The notes under the pieces were generated by a model. It worked only from the letters and a program-made list of their open reading frames with translations. It did not search any database and was not told where the DNA came from. This document shows positions 1 to 13,363 of a stretch of DNA of 64,000 nt, piece after piece. Source of the stretch: Octopus sinensis (taxonomy: Eukaryota). Position 1 is the first letter of the stretch. Each line of letters starts with the position of its first letter. Location of the stretch: positions 86,180,001 to 86,244,000 of the forward strand of contig NC_043006.1 in NCBI RefSeq assembly GCF_006345805.1. The letters are read 5' to 3'. A program made the position numbers and the translations under genes.

Positions 1-35
<35 letters not shown>

Positions 36-217
36 GACATTTTGCTGGTTATATATATATATATATACAAAAAGCAATAAAGATTCAAGTTAATTTAAAT
101 GAATTTACTTGAATATGGTACCTAACTTAGATGCACCAAAAAAAAAACTATACTGTTTTAACAATACAGTAATGTGGGGTGATTATAAGCGAGAAAGAAG
201 CAACAAGAATGGATGGT

Positions 218-308
218 TTTTAGTACAATCGTTTCATACAAGGACAGGCTTTATTAAAAGTTGCAAAAATTACAGCATATAAACGTGTCCCGTACTCATC
301 AGCTAAAA
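218..308 (-). ncRNA. Type I hammerhead ribozyme (family A) in the PLE 3' pLTR
   Basis: Minus strand: ttttag-CTGATGA-gtacgggaca...tgtccttgtat-GAAA-c-gatt-g-TA-ctaaaa. Stem I 6 bp, extended stem II, minimal stem III, GUA cleavage triplet. Confidence 0.85.
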
Positions 309-839
309 TACATGTGAGTTCTCTAGACATCCTAGTGGTTGAGGCTATACTCATGAAGTAATGTAGATAATTAAGTAACATAAACAGATTTCCAAAGTTC
401 ATTAAAGTTCTTTAAAGATGATGTACAGTCTTATCACAGAATTTTAAAAAAGTTTTAATAGCATCACAGAGAAGGTGACCTAATCCATAGTGCACATATG
501 AATTTCCAGAGATATGATGAGGGATTACATACTCACAGAAGACAAATTTATCCATTGTTAATCACAACGAGGTGGGTCTCAATTCCTGCTTATTAGCATT
601 ACAGAGAGGGTGAATTAATCCTTTGTATAGATGCACAATTTCCAATGGTGTAGATGTAAATTTCCAGAGAAATGAAGAGGAATTTCATATTCACAGGCGA
701 TAAATTTATCAATGGTTGAACACAATGAGGTAGGTATCAATTCTTGTTATATGATTAGGTATTTGCCACATTAATCACATTACTGCTATTTACAAGAGGC
801 TGTAGCTATTTAACTTTTAAAGGCTGAAGGGCTTTCTAG

Positions 840-1045
840 AGAGGCAAAGAATAGAAAAGGGAAGGGAATAGAAGAAAAGAGAGAAAATAAGGAGGAGGGA
901 GCAAAAAAGGGGGGGAAGGGGACTAAAAGAGAGAGAAAAGGAAAAAGAGAATAAGAAGAAGAAAAAGAAAAAAGAGAAAAGAGAAGAAATAGGGAAAGAA
1001 GGAAAAAAGAAAAAAAAAAGAAAAAAGAAAAAGAAAAAAAAGAGG
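840..1045 (+). repeat. Polypurine (A/G) tract
   Basis: About 200 nt almost free of pyrimidines. Confidence 0.85.
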
Positions 1046-1780
1046 GTTCTAGTTATACAGAAGAATTAGTAGACGGCAAGTCTGGTTTTAATTACAGGCA
1101 TCTAGGAACTAGAGGAGAATATTATTCTTGACCAGTAAAACAGCTAATTTATTGCTGTTGAAATCAGCTATGAATTTAAAGAGAATCTAAAGAGATAACA
1201 CAGTCAGGGGTTTAGGGGTCTGATGCTAAAATCAAAAGAAAATACATTAGGAAAATCTAAGTATAATCTTATCAAAAAGTCATTAAAATTTACTTATTTA
1301 ATTTATTCAATTTATTGTCTTAAGGAGTTGCCGTTATTATTCATACATTGACGGACTACAGGTCAAATCTTAGAAGATCATTTACAAGGTGTTAGGGGAT
1401 TGTCTATCATAATGAAGATAATCATATTATCACCGAGGGGGTAGCCTTATTTATTTAATTTTGAAATAGAATTATGGGGCTATAGTAACTCATTTTATTT
1501 TATTAGAGTTATGCTACTTAAATTAGATTAAGTTAGGAATTAAAATTAAAAATTACAATTAAGATTTAAAATTAAGAATTTAAAAATTATGAGTTTGAAA
1601 TTAAATAAAGCCTCAATTAAGCAGCGTATAAGTACTATTCATTTCCCTGTTCTCAAAAAACTGATGCAGATATAAGGAAAAAGATAACTGTAGTGTGAGA
1701 ACTCTTAGTTATCTACTTAAAGCAGTGCTATACTAGTAGAAATCAAGTTATATCTATCTATCTAGTTACGAATATTCTAA

Positions 1781-4025
1781 TCATTTAAAATATTTTAAAG
1801 TCTTCAATTTAGCGTGGACACAAACTTGACCTAGTTCGATATGGTTATTCAATAAGTTTCTATGTTTTCTATGCTTTAGAATTTCATACGTCTCCATGGA
1901 GCATAGTTGGCAACCAACCCTACTATTTTTATACGGAATTGCTCTCCTAACTATTTCCCAGTTAAGGTTATAATTTTTATTATTATTTTTGAGTTCCCAG
2001 ATTTTGTTTGAAAGTGTGGTGGTACCAGCTTTATGACGTAATTTAAAAGACGAGATGTGATTTCTAACTCTGGCTAGAAAATTAATTGTACATCCAATGT
2101 AAAGATATTTGTTATTCTCCGTGGATATGGTACATTTATAGATTACATTATTTTCCCCACATAGACCAGGTGCCGGGCATTTTGATTTTATTCTACACTT
2201 ACACACAGGAGGAACAACTTCAGGCTTTGGATTATTCTTGGGTAGATGTCTTAGGTTCCTATTATTTTGGTTATCATTTCTATAGTTGGTGCTGATATCT
2301 AAGTATTGCTATTATTTATTGATCCTTCAGCTTCATCATTTAGGTCTAAAGTCCTACCATGATTTCTTATATTATTGGTAATGTTACTATTATTGTTAGT
2401 CTTTTTATCCGACTGTATATTGTTGTTATAAATATCACTGATATTTTCATTCTCCTTATTTTCTCCATTAGCCTTATATCTATTATTTCTATTATTAACA
2501 TTATTACTTCTATTAATATCGGCATTGTTATTATTACTATTAATGTTAATGTTATTAGTCATTCTGTGGTTACTAATTTCACCTATGTTTTGATAGTTAC
2601 TATTGCTGTTTTTATTGTTGGTAGTATTATTATAATTGCTATTGGTATTCATGCTGATATTATTATTTTTATTTCTATCTTTCCTGGCTAGTTTAATGTT
2701 TTTATTATTAATCTTAGCTATTAAAGTGGACATATTTGGGAGGGTTGAATAAGAAATCCTAACTGTTTTCCTAGATATAATTCTATGATATCTATGAGAG
2801 ATAGGGAAATTTTTTTCCAGAATTACTTTGAATTTGTTCTGTATATCCGATTGTATCGCACAGTTGAAAGGAATATTCAGCCATAATATATCTTTTTTAT
2901 TAAATTTAGGGTTCGTAGAATTACTACTATTCATCTCACCGGAGTTATTGTATTTATTACCATTATTTTTATTTTTATTTGTGTGCATCTTAGGTTTATC
3001 TACTTCAATATTATCCGAGTTACCTATGTTCTGGTCAATGCTTCTATTTGAATTGTTGGGCCTGTACGCTAGATTAGCGTTTACCATTAATTTAATTCTA
3101 CTTTTATTCGGGCTTGGTCTGTATTGCTGCTTACGTGATTACTGATAACTTCATTATTAGGAATACGTGAGTTCCCCTATCAACGAATGTAATCTTTTGG
3201 TTGTATCCAGCCTTAGTTAACGCCTCATTATAATGCTCAGAATGGGAGTTAAATATATCCTTATTTGATGATAATTTTGAAATTCTTAATGAAATATTTC
3301 TTACTAAAGATTCTATTATATTTGGGGGATGATTTGATAATTTATTTACGTAATTCGTGATTTCGCCTTCCTTTCTAAATGGGTAATGTAGCTTGGAGTT
3401 AAGGTCTAGCGTAATATCTAGGAAGTTAACTATTTTAGTGCCCGGTTCATATGTTATACTGAGGTTGAAATCCTTAAAGAACTTATTAATTTTCTTTCTA
3501 ATCCTTTCTATAACAGATTTATTATTACTAGGGATAACAAACAGAGCATCATCCCTATATAGACGCCCCTGTATTTCTGGTATATCCTTGCTTATGCATT
3601 TTAATAGATATGCACCTACTAGGTTGGTTACCTCAGCTGAATCACTGGAACCCATTGGTATATCAAAAAAATTAGGTGTATCTGCTCTAGTCCATAATTT
3701 ATCTTCAAATTCTATAAATGTCTTCCTAGCTAGTAGCACAATATTGATTTCTTCTCTAGATATGAGGGAGCGATTCATGGCAAATATTAGTGATTTGTTG
3801 AGTAAGATAGGGGAAATACTAGAGTAATAACTATTAATATCGAACTGAATAAAGGACAGACTACTAGTATTAGTTAGAGAGTTAAACCATTTTAGAACTT
3901 CATCCGTACTTAGCCATAGGTTTAAGGGGAGAAGAGGGGTTATTTGGGGTAGAACACTATCCAGGATAGATTTACTAAGTCGGCCAATGTCCGACTTAGT
4001 TGGACAGATCAGCCTTACCGAAGGG
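1781..4025 (-). pseudogene. PLE polyprotein (RT-thumb-linker-GIY-YIG), split by two frameshifts (~3160, ~2300)
   Basis: Reading upstream of the listed ORF gives PSVRLICPTKSDIG..FIQFDINSYYSSIS..FDIPMGSSDSAEVTNLVG..GRLYRDD..VNFLDITL. Then ILWLNIPF..VRISYSTLPNM, and CKCRIKSKCP..VIYKC..YIGCT..RVRNHISSF..CQLC (GIY-YIG with Cys/His motif). Confidence 0.9.
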
Positions 4026-4075
4026 TTTCATGAGTATAGCCTCAACCACTAGGATGTCTAGAGAACTCACATGTA

Positions 4076-4166
4076 TTTTAGCTGATGAGTACGGGACACG
4101 TTTATATGCTGTAATTTTTGCAACTTTTAATAAAGCCTGTCCTTGTATGAAACGATTGTACTAAAA
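4076..4166 (+). ncRNA. Type I hammerhead ribozyme (family A), inverted copy
   Basis: Same motif on the plus strand. Predicted cleavage after A4160. Confidence 0.85.
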
Positions 4167-4216
4167 ACCTATCCATTCTTGTTGCTTCTTTCTCGCGTAT
4201 ATATATATATATATAT

Positions 4217-4357
4217 ATTAGAAAAAATGAGGTAATCAGATCGGACGGTTCATATTTATAGATATTTATTTATATATTACATTTTTTACATATATATCAT
4301 ATCATTCAGATCATATCATTCGGATTATTAGCGCTTTCTCCCAATCCAGTGGGGTTA
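4217..4357 (+). repeat. Dispersed repeat A (~140-190 bp, embedded in (TA)n)
   Basis: ttagaaaaaatgaggtaatcagatc...agcgctttctccc..tagtgggg recurs at ~10188-10380 (+), ~12530-12650 (-) and ~16138-16326 (-). Confidence 0.8.
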
Positions 4358-4404
4358 TATATATATATATATTATATATATATTTATACATGCATACACA
4401 TATG

Positions 4405-4650
4405 TGTGTGTGTGTTTATGTCTGTGTTTGTCTCCCACCACTGCTTGGCAATCTGTGCTGGTATGTTCACATCCCCTGTAGTATAGCAATTCGACAAAAA
4501 AAAAAAACCAAAAAAAACTGATAGAGTAAGTAGTACTAGGCTTAAAAAATTAAGTCCTGGTGTTGATTTGTTCAGCAAAACCATTGAAGGTGGTGCCCGA
4601 GCATGGCTGCACTCAAATGACTGAAACAAGTAAAAGACAAAAGAGAATAC
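4405..4650 (+). mobile_element. SINE 3' half
   Basis: aaggtggtgccc.agcatggc.gca.tcaaatgactgaaacaagtaaaaga tail shared with other SINE copies in the window. Confidence 0.7.
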
Positions 4651-4769
4651 CATCTACTTTTAAAGTCAAGAAAAACTGATTGAGCACCTTTGATCCCCAA
4701 ATTGCATTCTCTGATATATATAATGCAAGTATATACTAAATAATTATAGCATGTATAAATAAATAAATA

Positions 4770-5510
4770 AAAGGAAGGAAAAGACTTCCTTTCATATCCC
4801 ACCCACATAAAATCTAAAAAAAGATATTACACATGGTGGAAAAATTGGTTTCCTACCACATCTTAAAATAATAATGATGAGAAAGTCATAAAAATTAAGA
4901 ATTTCTTTCAAAAAGACTTCATTTCTTTGTTATGTATATTCATGCTCCAATTTGCCTAACGTTGGGACATGAATATACATAATACAGAAATGAAGTTTTT
5001 TTAAAAGAAATTCCTAATTTTTATGACTATTTTAAGACATGCTAGGAAACCAATTTTCCATCATGTGCAATATTTAAAAAAAAAATTATTGGGATGGGGA
5101 TGGGAGCTGAAGGTGGGAGCTGAAGGTGGGAGCTAAAAGGAAATCTTTCCCATGGATATTTTTCCTAAAAATATTTAAAGAATGTTTTACTTTTCATAAT
5201 GTCTTTACGACAGTCGTAAAGACAAATCGCCCTTTCGCTCTCACTGTTTCAAGGGAGCTAACTCTGTTTCATGAAGAAGAGTTAGCTCCCTTGAAACAGT
5301 GAGAGCGAAAGGGAGATTTGTCTTTACGACTGTCGTAAAGACATTATGGAAAGTAAAACATTCTTTAAATATTTTTAGGAAAAATATCCTTTGGAAAGAT
5401 TTCCTGTTAGCCCCCACCCCCACCCCAATAATTTTTAAAAAAAATATTGCACATGAGGGAAAATTGGTTTCCTAGCATGTCTTAAATAGTAATGATTAGA
5501 AAGACTTCAT
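4770..5510. repeat. Alternating-orientation (fold-back) repeat with two palindrome centres
   Basis: Centres at ~4956 and ~5271. Arms 5026-5265 and 5278-5494 are near-perfect inverted copies. Confidence 0.85.
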
Positions 5511-5533
5511 ATATTTTAAAAAGACACACACAC

Positions 5534-5587
<54 letters not shown>

Positions 5588-5600
5588 GCATATATATATA

Positions 5601-5910
5601 AATCATATATTTATTTTTTATCTTTTACTTTATTGACGGCGGCGGCCATACTGGGCACCACCTTAAAGGATTTTAGTCGAACAAATCGACCCCAGAACTT
5701 GTTCTATCGTTCTCTTATGATACCAACACCGGTTGTCAAGCGGACAAACACAGATACACACAAACACACACACACAAACACAAGCATACACACATGCAGA
5801 TAAATATAGCATCAGATGTTACTACACATCGCTGGTCACAATGCGTTCGCATTGTTTCGAAGGCTAAGCGAGCAGGCCAACAGAAGAAAGAGTGGTGAAA
5901 GAGATCCTTT
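5601..5910 (-). mobile_element. SINE, head missing, near-identical to 18850-19192
   Basis: Reverse complement matches the plus-strand SINE at 18759-19192. Confidence 0.8.
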
Positions 5911-6462
5911 GTCCACCTTCTCTCTCTCCTCATCTGTCCCTTCCTCCTGTCTTTTGTCCCCACGTGACCGCTAGCCACCGCTGGGCCCCCTTTTCGTTCC
6001 AGCAGTCGTCGAAGCAACACGTTTTTGTTTGTCTCTCGCGGCCATAAGGCACAACTCCATAAGTCAGCCCCAACTCAACTCGTCCTGTCGAAAGACCCTT
6101 GTCCTACGTCCTGGTTTTGTTTTGTATTTTATCTTTACCGTTATTGTTTTTACGTTTTTGTATTCTTATTCGTGCTTTCCTTATTGTTTTCACGTATTCT
6201 GTATTTTTATTCGTGTACATCGTTCGTTTTCCGTCCTTGTGTGTATACATTCGAAGCTTCTTCCAAGGGATCTAATGCGCTTGGCTTAGATTTCCCTGGG
6301 GGCTGCCCAGATCGGAGCAATCTCAGATTAATCAGCCGAAATTGCGAAGATGATCTGGTTCTTGACTGATGACTGAGGGCTTCGAATGTCCCGTCCTGTG
6401 GTTCTTGTGTCGTCTCCTTGGTGTTTCACGTTCTTGTCCCAGTTTGTATTTATTTTTTACTG

Positions 6463-7380
<918 letters not shown>

Positions 7381-7609
7381 TCCAGATCCCATTCAGAAGG
7401 ACTATTCTATAACCACCCCTCTCTCTCGTTTACTTGTAGTCCTTACATACAGGTTGCAATGCGTATGTGCAGTTATATATAACCGTATGAGCGTACGTGG
7501 TTGATACGTACAGTTGCACTAGGCGTTGTATCCATCACAGTTAGACGGTGTGATGAGAGGAACAAACACCCCCCACACACACACACATATATTATTATAT
7601 ATATAATAT

Positions 7610-7658
<49 letters not shown>

Positions 7659-7780
7659 ACAATCAAGGAACGGCCATAATAGGCCATTCACCCACTAGAA
7701 ATAACAGCCTAAGCTTCAACCGCAAATAAAAATTAATTCCGTAAACCAGGAGAAAATTTAAAAAACATTTACCCTGTAAT

Positions 7781-7882
7781 TTCTTATACGATGCACCGTT
7801 TCATCTGCTGTTTAATGGTAAACTAACCTGATTAAATTAATCAAGCCAATCTTCCATAGGCCCTCAGATTCTTCAGTAAGAA
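7781..7882 (-). ncRNA. Type I hammerhead ribozyme (family B), copy 1
   Basis: ttctta-CTGAAGA-atctg..(57 nt)..cagat-GAAA-cg-gtgcat-cg-TA-taagaa. All three stems are Watson-Crick at the core. Confidence 0.88.
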
Positions 7883-8270
7883 ATAGCCCAAGTCGGAACA
7901 GATATTTTCACGAGGCATTTCCGACCCACCCTCCAGGTAATATCTGACCTAAAATTTTCAAATCGTCGCACTCGCGCCAAATTTATCGGCAGCAAATAAA
8001 TATAAGCCGTCGATTCCATTACGGAATTACCAGAAAATTCATAATTAATCAATATAGGGTGGCAAAAAAAAATTTTGTAGAATTTTTTTTGCCACCAGCG
8101 GCCCAGTGAAAAAATTAAATAGTCAGACCATTTTTAAGTTAACAACATCAACAATCAAGGAACGGCCTAATAGGCCATTCACCCACTAGAAATAACAGCC
8201 AAAGCTTCAACCGCAAATAAAAATTAATTCCGTAACCAGGAAAAATTTAAAAAAACATTTACCCTGTAAT

Positions 8271-8373
8271 TTCTTATACGATGCACCGTTTCATCTGCTG
8301 TTTAATGGTAAACTAACCTGATTAAATTAAATCAAGCCAATCTTCCATAGGCCCTCAGATTCTTCAGTAAGAA
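8271..8373 (-). ncRNA. Type I hammerhead ribozyme (family B), copy 2
   Basis: Identical core 490 nt from copy 1. Confidence 0.88.
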
Positions 8374-8705
8374 AAGCCCAAGTCGGAACAGATTTTTTCA
8401 CGAGGCGTTTCCGACCCTGCCAAGGTAATATCTGACCTAAAATTTTCAAATCGTCGCACTCGCGCCAAATTTATCGGCAGCAAATAATATAAGCCGTCGA
8501 TTCCATTACGGAATTAACCAGAAAATTCATAATTACTCAATATAGGGTGGCAAAAAAAAAATTTTGTAGAATTTTTTGCCACCAGCGGCCTAGTGGGAAA
8601 AAATTAAATAGTCCATAGACCATTTTTAAGTTCAACATCAACAATCAACAATCAAGGAACGGCCATAATTTTTTTTTTTGCACCCCTATATTGATTAATT
8701 ATATA

Positions 8706-8760
<55 letters not shown>

Positions 8761-9771
8761 ATAATATATATATATATATGTGTGTGTGTGCGTCTATACA
8801 AACATATATGTGAATATGTATACAACCTTCACACAAAGTAACAGTCATGTACACAACTTGGACGGACACATTCCAGTACACGGACATACGTTCATATACA
8901 CATACACATGTACACACTCTCACAGACACGTCAGCCCATTCTCCTAGACCTCACATACATACGTAGCACATGAGTACAAACATACTACATAACTACGTAT
9001 GGGCATACACATGTACATACGCACGTACATGTAACGCACACACATACATGGGCATGCATCATGGTGCGCGTATACATACATACGCACATGCGTACGTATT
9101 GTACATACACACATACATACATACATACATAACATACATACATACATACATACATACATACATACATACATACATTACATACATACATACATACGCACAT
9201 ACATACATACATACGCACGCCATAGTAAACACAAGTTCTGTGATATAGAGAAAAATATCTGATAATAAGGTTTTAGGGTATAGTTTTGGGAGTAAGGGTC
9301 ATAAATCACTTCCAGGCTTCGGCGGGGGGAAGTTGAAATTTGATATTATTGTGATGAGTGGTCACTCTACATCTATCCATCGCTACAGGTTTATAGCTTT
9401 ATGTTTATAGTGTGTATGTGCGTGCATATACACACACATGCATACATACATACATACATACATACATACATACATACATACATACATACATACATACATA
9501 CATGCATACACAGGCGTATGTACGTACATGCATACATACATACATACACACATGTATGCATACGTACATATATATGACGAACTAACTGTTACTTTCTCAG
9601 ATGCAGCACGGACTTTGTCAGTGAACAGGTCGCGGATTTTAGCGACGAGAATATTTTGACAAATTAAAATTAAAAGTGAATCGAACGGCTTTTGTGTGTT
9701 TCTTAAATGGCTTATAAACACCTTCCACGCTGCAATTGTTTATATATATATATATATATATATATTTTTTT

Positions 9772-9969
9772 GTACTTGTTTCAGTCATTTGACTGCGGCC
9801 ATGCTGGAGCACCGCTTTTAGAGTACAGCAGGGAAACCACCTCCTGCCGGAGCCTCGTGGAGCTTTTAGGTGTTTTCGCTCAATAAAACACACAACGCCC
9901 GGTCTGGGAATCGAAACCGCGATCCTCCGACCGCAAGTCCGCTGCCCTAACCACTAGGCCATTGCGCCT
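9772..9969 (-). mobile_element. tRNA-derived SINE (internally deleted)
   Basis: Head aggcgcaaTGGCCTAGTGGttagg...GGTTTCGATTCCC (A and B boxes) plus the common SINE tail. Confidence 0.8.
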
Positions 9970-10089
9970 ATATATATATATGTGTATATATATATACACC
10001 ACACACACACACATATATATTATATATATATATACATAATATATATAATATAATATATATCTATATATATATATATATATATACGTATA

Positions 10090-10148
<59 letters not shown>

Positions 10149-10420
10149 ATATATATATAGATCTTATTATATATTATATATATATCTGAAGGTTTGGAGA
10201 TGATGTACAGGTATTATATATTAGAAAAAAATGAGGTAATCAGATCAGATGGTTCATATTTGTAGATATTTATTTATATATATTTTTTTTTTTTTTACAT
10301 TTTTTACATATATATCATATCATTAGATCATCTTCGGATTAGCGCTTTCTCCCAAACTAGTGGGGTTTTCAAATAAATCAATATATATATAGAATATATA
10401 TATATATATATATATATATA

Positions 10421-10493
<73 letters not shown>

Positions 10494-10611
10494 ATCTTGT
10501 ATATATAATATATATATATATCTCATATGTAGGGTCCCCGGGTTGATCGGGTTAACACAGTAAATAAGGTACTCAATACATAGCAGAGTAGTAAATTAAT
10601 TATATAGAAGG

Positions 10612-10662
10612 AGCTTCTACAGGACTAGAACTGTTTCATTCAAGAGAAATCTTCAGGAAGCT
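10612..10662 (-). ncRNA. Type I hammerhead-like ribozyme (family C)
   Basis: agcttc-CTGAAGA-tttc-tctt-gaat-GAAA-cag-ttctagtc-ctg-TA-gaagct. The core-proximal stem II pair is U.U. Confidence 0.7.
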
Positions 10663-11690
10663 AGTTAAAAAGAATTGTATTGGCATTTATACATTTAGGC
10701 AGGTTTAACGGGGTGTTGGTGGGGGGGGGGACTTTTTTGGGGGTAGGCATAGCACAAAATATCATACTTGGGGGAGTGGTCAAGGAGTCAGTGTTAAATT
10801 AGATAGAAGAATAAATAAAAAAATAAAATAAAAAAACTCATATATAAAAAAAAAAAAAAGGGGGATAGAGTTTAGGTATAAAAAGGAGATTCTCACTTAT
10901 ATATGCACCATTGGATCATACATACACACACATACAAAACATATATACATATACATACACACATACATACACACACATATATATACATATATATACACTT
11001 ACACCTACACATGCATATACATATCTAAACATACACATATATGTATACACACACACACTCACATGCATACACGTATACACACATGTATATATACACACAC
11101 GACCTCAATACATATACGCACAGAAAAAATATATAACATACACACAAATACTCACATACACGCATACACACACATATCCACACACACACATGCACACACA
11201 GCACACTAGTCCCTATATACACATATATACACATACACACACATATACACACACATACATACATATACATACATGTTAAACATATACATATGTGTACCTA
11301 TGCAAACCTACACATACACACATATATATACACATACTAATACAGACCCATTCCCTAATTTTATTTATTATCTTGTTTATTACTTTTGTATCTTTGGCCG
11401 CTTGGTCACAAACATCTGGGCTATGACAGCCAGTCTATTATCTGTCAATGGAAAACAAGCACTCATTCACTCACGCACACTCTTTAGCACGTACTCTCAC
11501 TCATTCGTACACTCATACACATACACGCACGCACGCGTTTATTCATACATACATCCATCTACATACATTCACGTATATACACATACGTACGCGTACCTAC
11601 AGATTTTATGTCACACTCTTAGAAGGCTAGTCTATATTATACACCAATAAATATAAATACACACACATACATATACACCTACATACAAAT

Positions 11691-11750
<60 letters not shown>

Positions 11751-12466
11751 TATATATATATATATATTATTATATATATATACATATATATATATATATA
11801 CATATATATATTCACATATATATATACATACACATATATACACACACCACTATATACACTATACGCACATACACATGTACATGCGTACCCATAAACACAA
11901 CACACACGCGCGCATCCATATATACACATAAGTACACACATGCGTAAAAGTATACATATATCTATGCTTACACATACACACACACACACACGCCTCCTTA
12001 TATTCATACTTCATGCATACTCAAAAAATAAGTAAATAGTAAAATATATACGCGCAGTTATTCGTACATGCATACTCAAAAAATAAATAATAAATATTAA
12101 GTATAGTACGTGCAGTTACCTATTATATAGACGGATACATACATATAAACTTACACACATCTATATTATATAATATATATATATATATAATATATATATA
12201 TTATTAATACATATACATACATATATATATACACATACACATATACATACATATTACATACCTACATCTCATATATACACACACACACATACACATACAT
12301 ATATACATATATATACATACTTACACACATGTACATATAATACACACATAGATAACTCTACGTACCTACATATGCATAAACACACGAGCGTACGCGTATG
12401 TACATATACACATACACACATACACACGCATATAATACATACATACTCACACATACACATGTATAC

Positions 12467-12498
<32 letters not shown>

Positions 12499-12688
12499 CA
12501 TATACATACACATACACATACACATATATGAAACCCACTAGAATGGGAGCAAGCGCTATCCGAATGATATGATATATATGTAAAAAATGTAATATATAAA
12601 TAAATATCTACAAATATGAACCATCTGATCTTTACCTCAATTTTTCTAATATATATATATATAATATATATATAACATATACATATAC

Positions 12689-12719
<31 letters not shown>

Positions 12720-13327
12720 TACAATACACATATATTACACCACACAACACATACATACACACATACATCACAATACATACATATACACACACATATACAC
12801 ATATACATATACATATACACATACACACACATATATACATGTGTGCAAACATACATATTCTCATACAAGCAGACACACTTACATTTACATATATAAACAC
12901 ACTTACACACATATATATACATACACATATACATACATACATACAAGTATATGCATACATACACACACACACCTCATATATATTATATATATATACAACA
13001 TACATACACATACACATACCCATACATATATATACACACATATACATATACACATGCACATACTTATATCTCTACATACTCGCATATACATATATATATA
13101 TATATATACATATAATATATATTATCTACATATACACACACAACATATACCCTATACATGTATATACACACACACACATATATACACATCTACAATTTGT
13201 ATCTACACTCACATACCTGCACATACACATAAATCTACATACCTACATACAAATTGTAGATGTGTATATATGTGTGTGTGTGTATATATACATGTATATG
13301 GGTATATGTATGTGTGTGTATATGTAG

Positions 13328-13363
<36 letters not shown>

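Larger units (their letters stand above)
68..4196 (-). mobile_element. Penelope-like retroelement (EN+, C-terminal GIY-YIG, Nematis/Neptune-like), 5'-truncated with inverted 5' pLTR segment
   Basis: RT and GIY-YIG ORF fragments on the minus strand. 189-357 is the reverse complement of ~4027-4196. Both ends abut (TA)n. Confidence 0.92.
7657..8700 (-). mobile_element. Non-coding tandem 490-bp HHR repeat (retrozyme / pLTR-only PLE derivative) with short inverted 5' stub
   Basis: Two ~490-bp units, each with a complete HHR. ~8670-8700 is the reverse complement of aattaatcaatatagggtggcaaaa. Flanked by (TA)n. Confidence 0.8.

Noticed and set aside
6340-6420. CTGATGA...GAAT-gtc hammerhead-like motif
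   Set aside because: No GAAA and neither stem I nor stem II pairs; at most a decayed pLTR relic.
7657-8700. CRISPR-like or protein-coding repeat
   Set aside because: Long tandem units without unique spacers or an ORF; eukaryotic context.
9860-9969. tRNA gene
   Set aside because: No acceptor stem; continues into a SINE body, so it is a SINE head.
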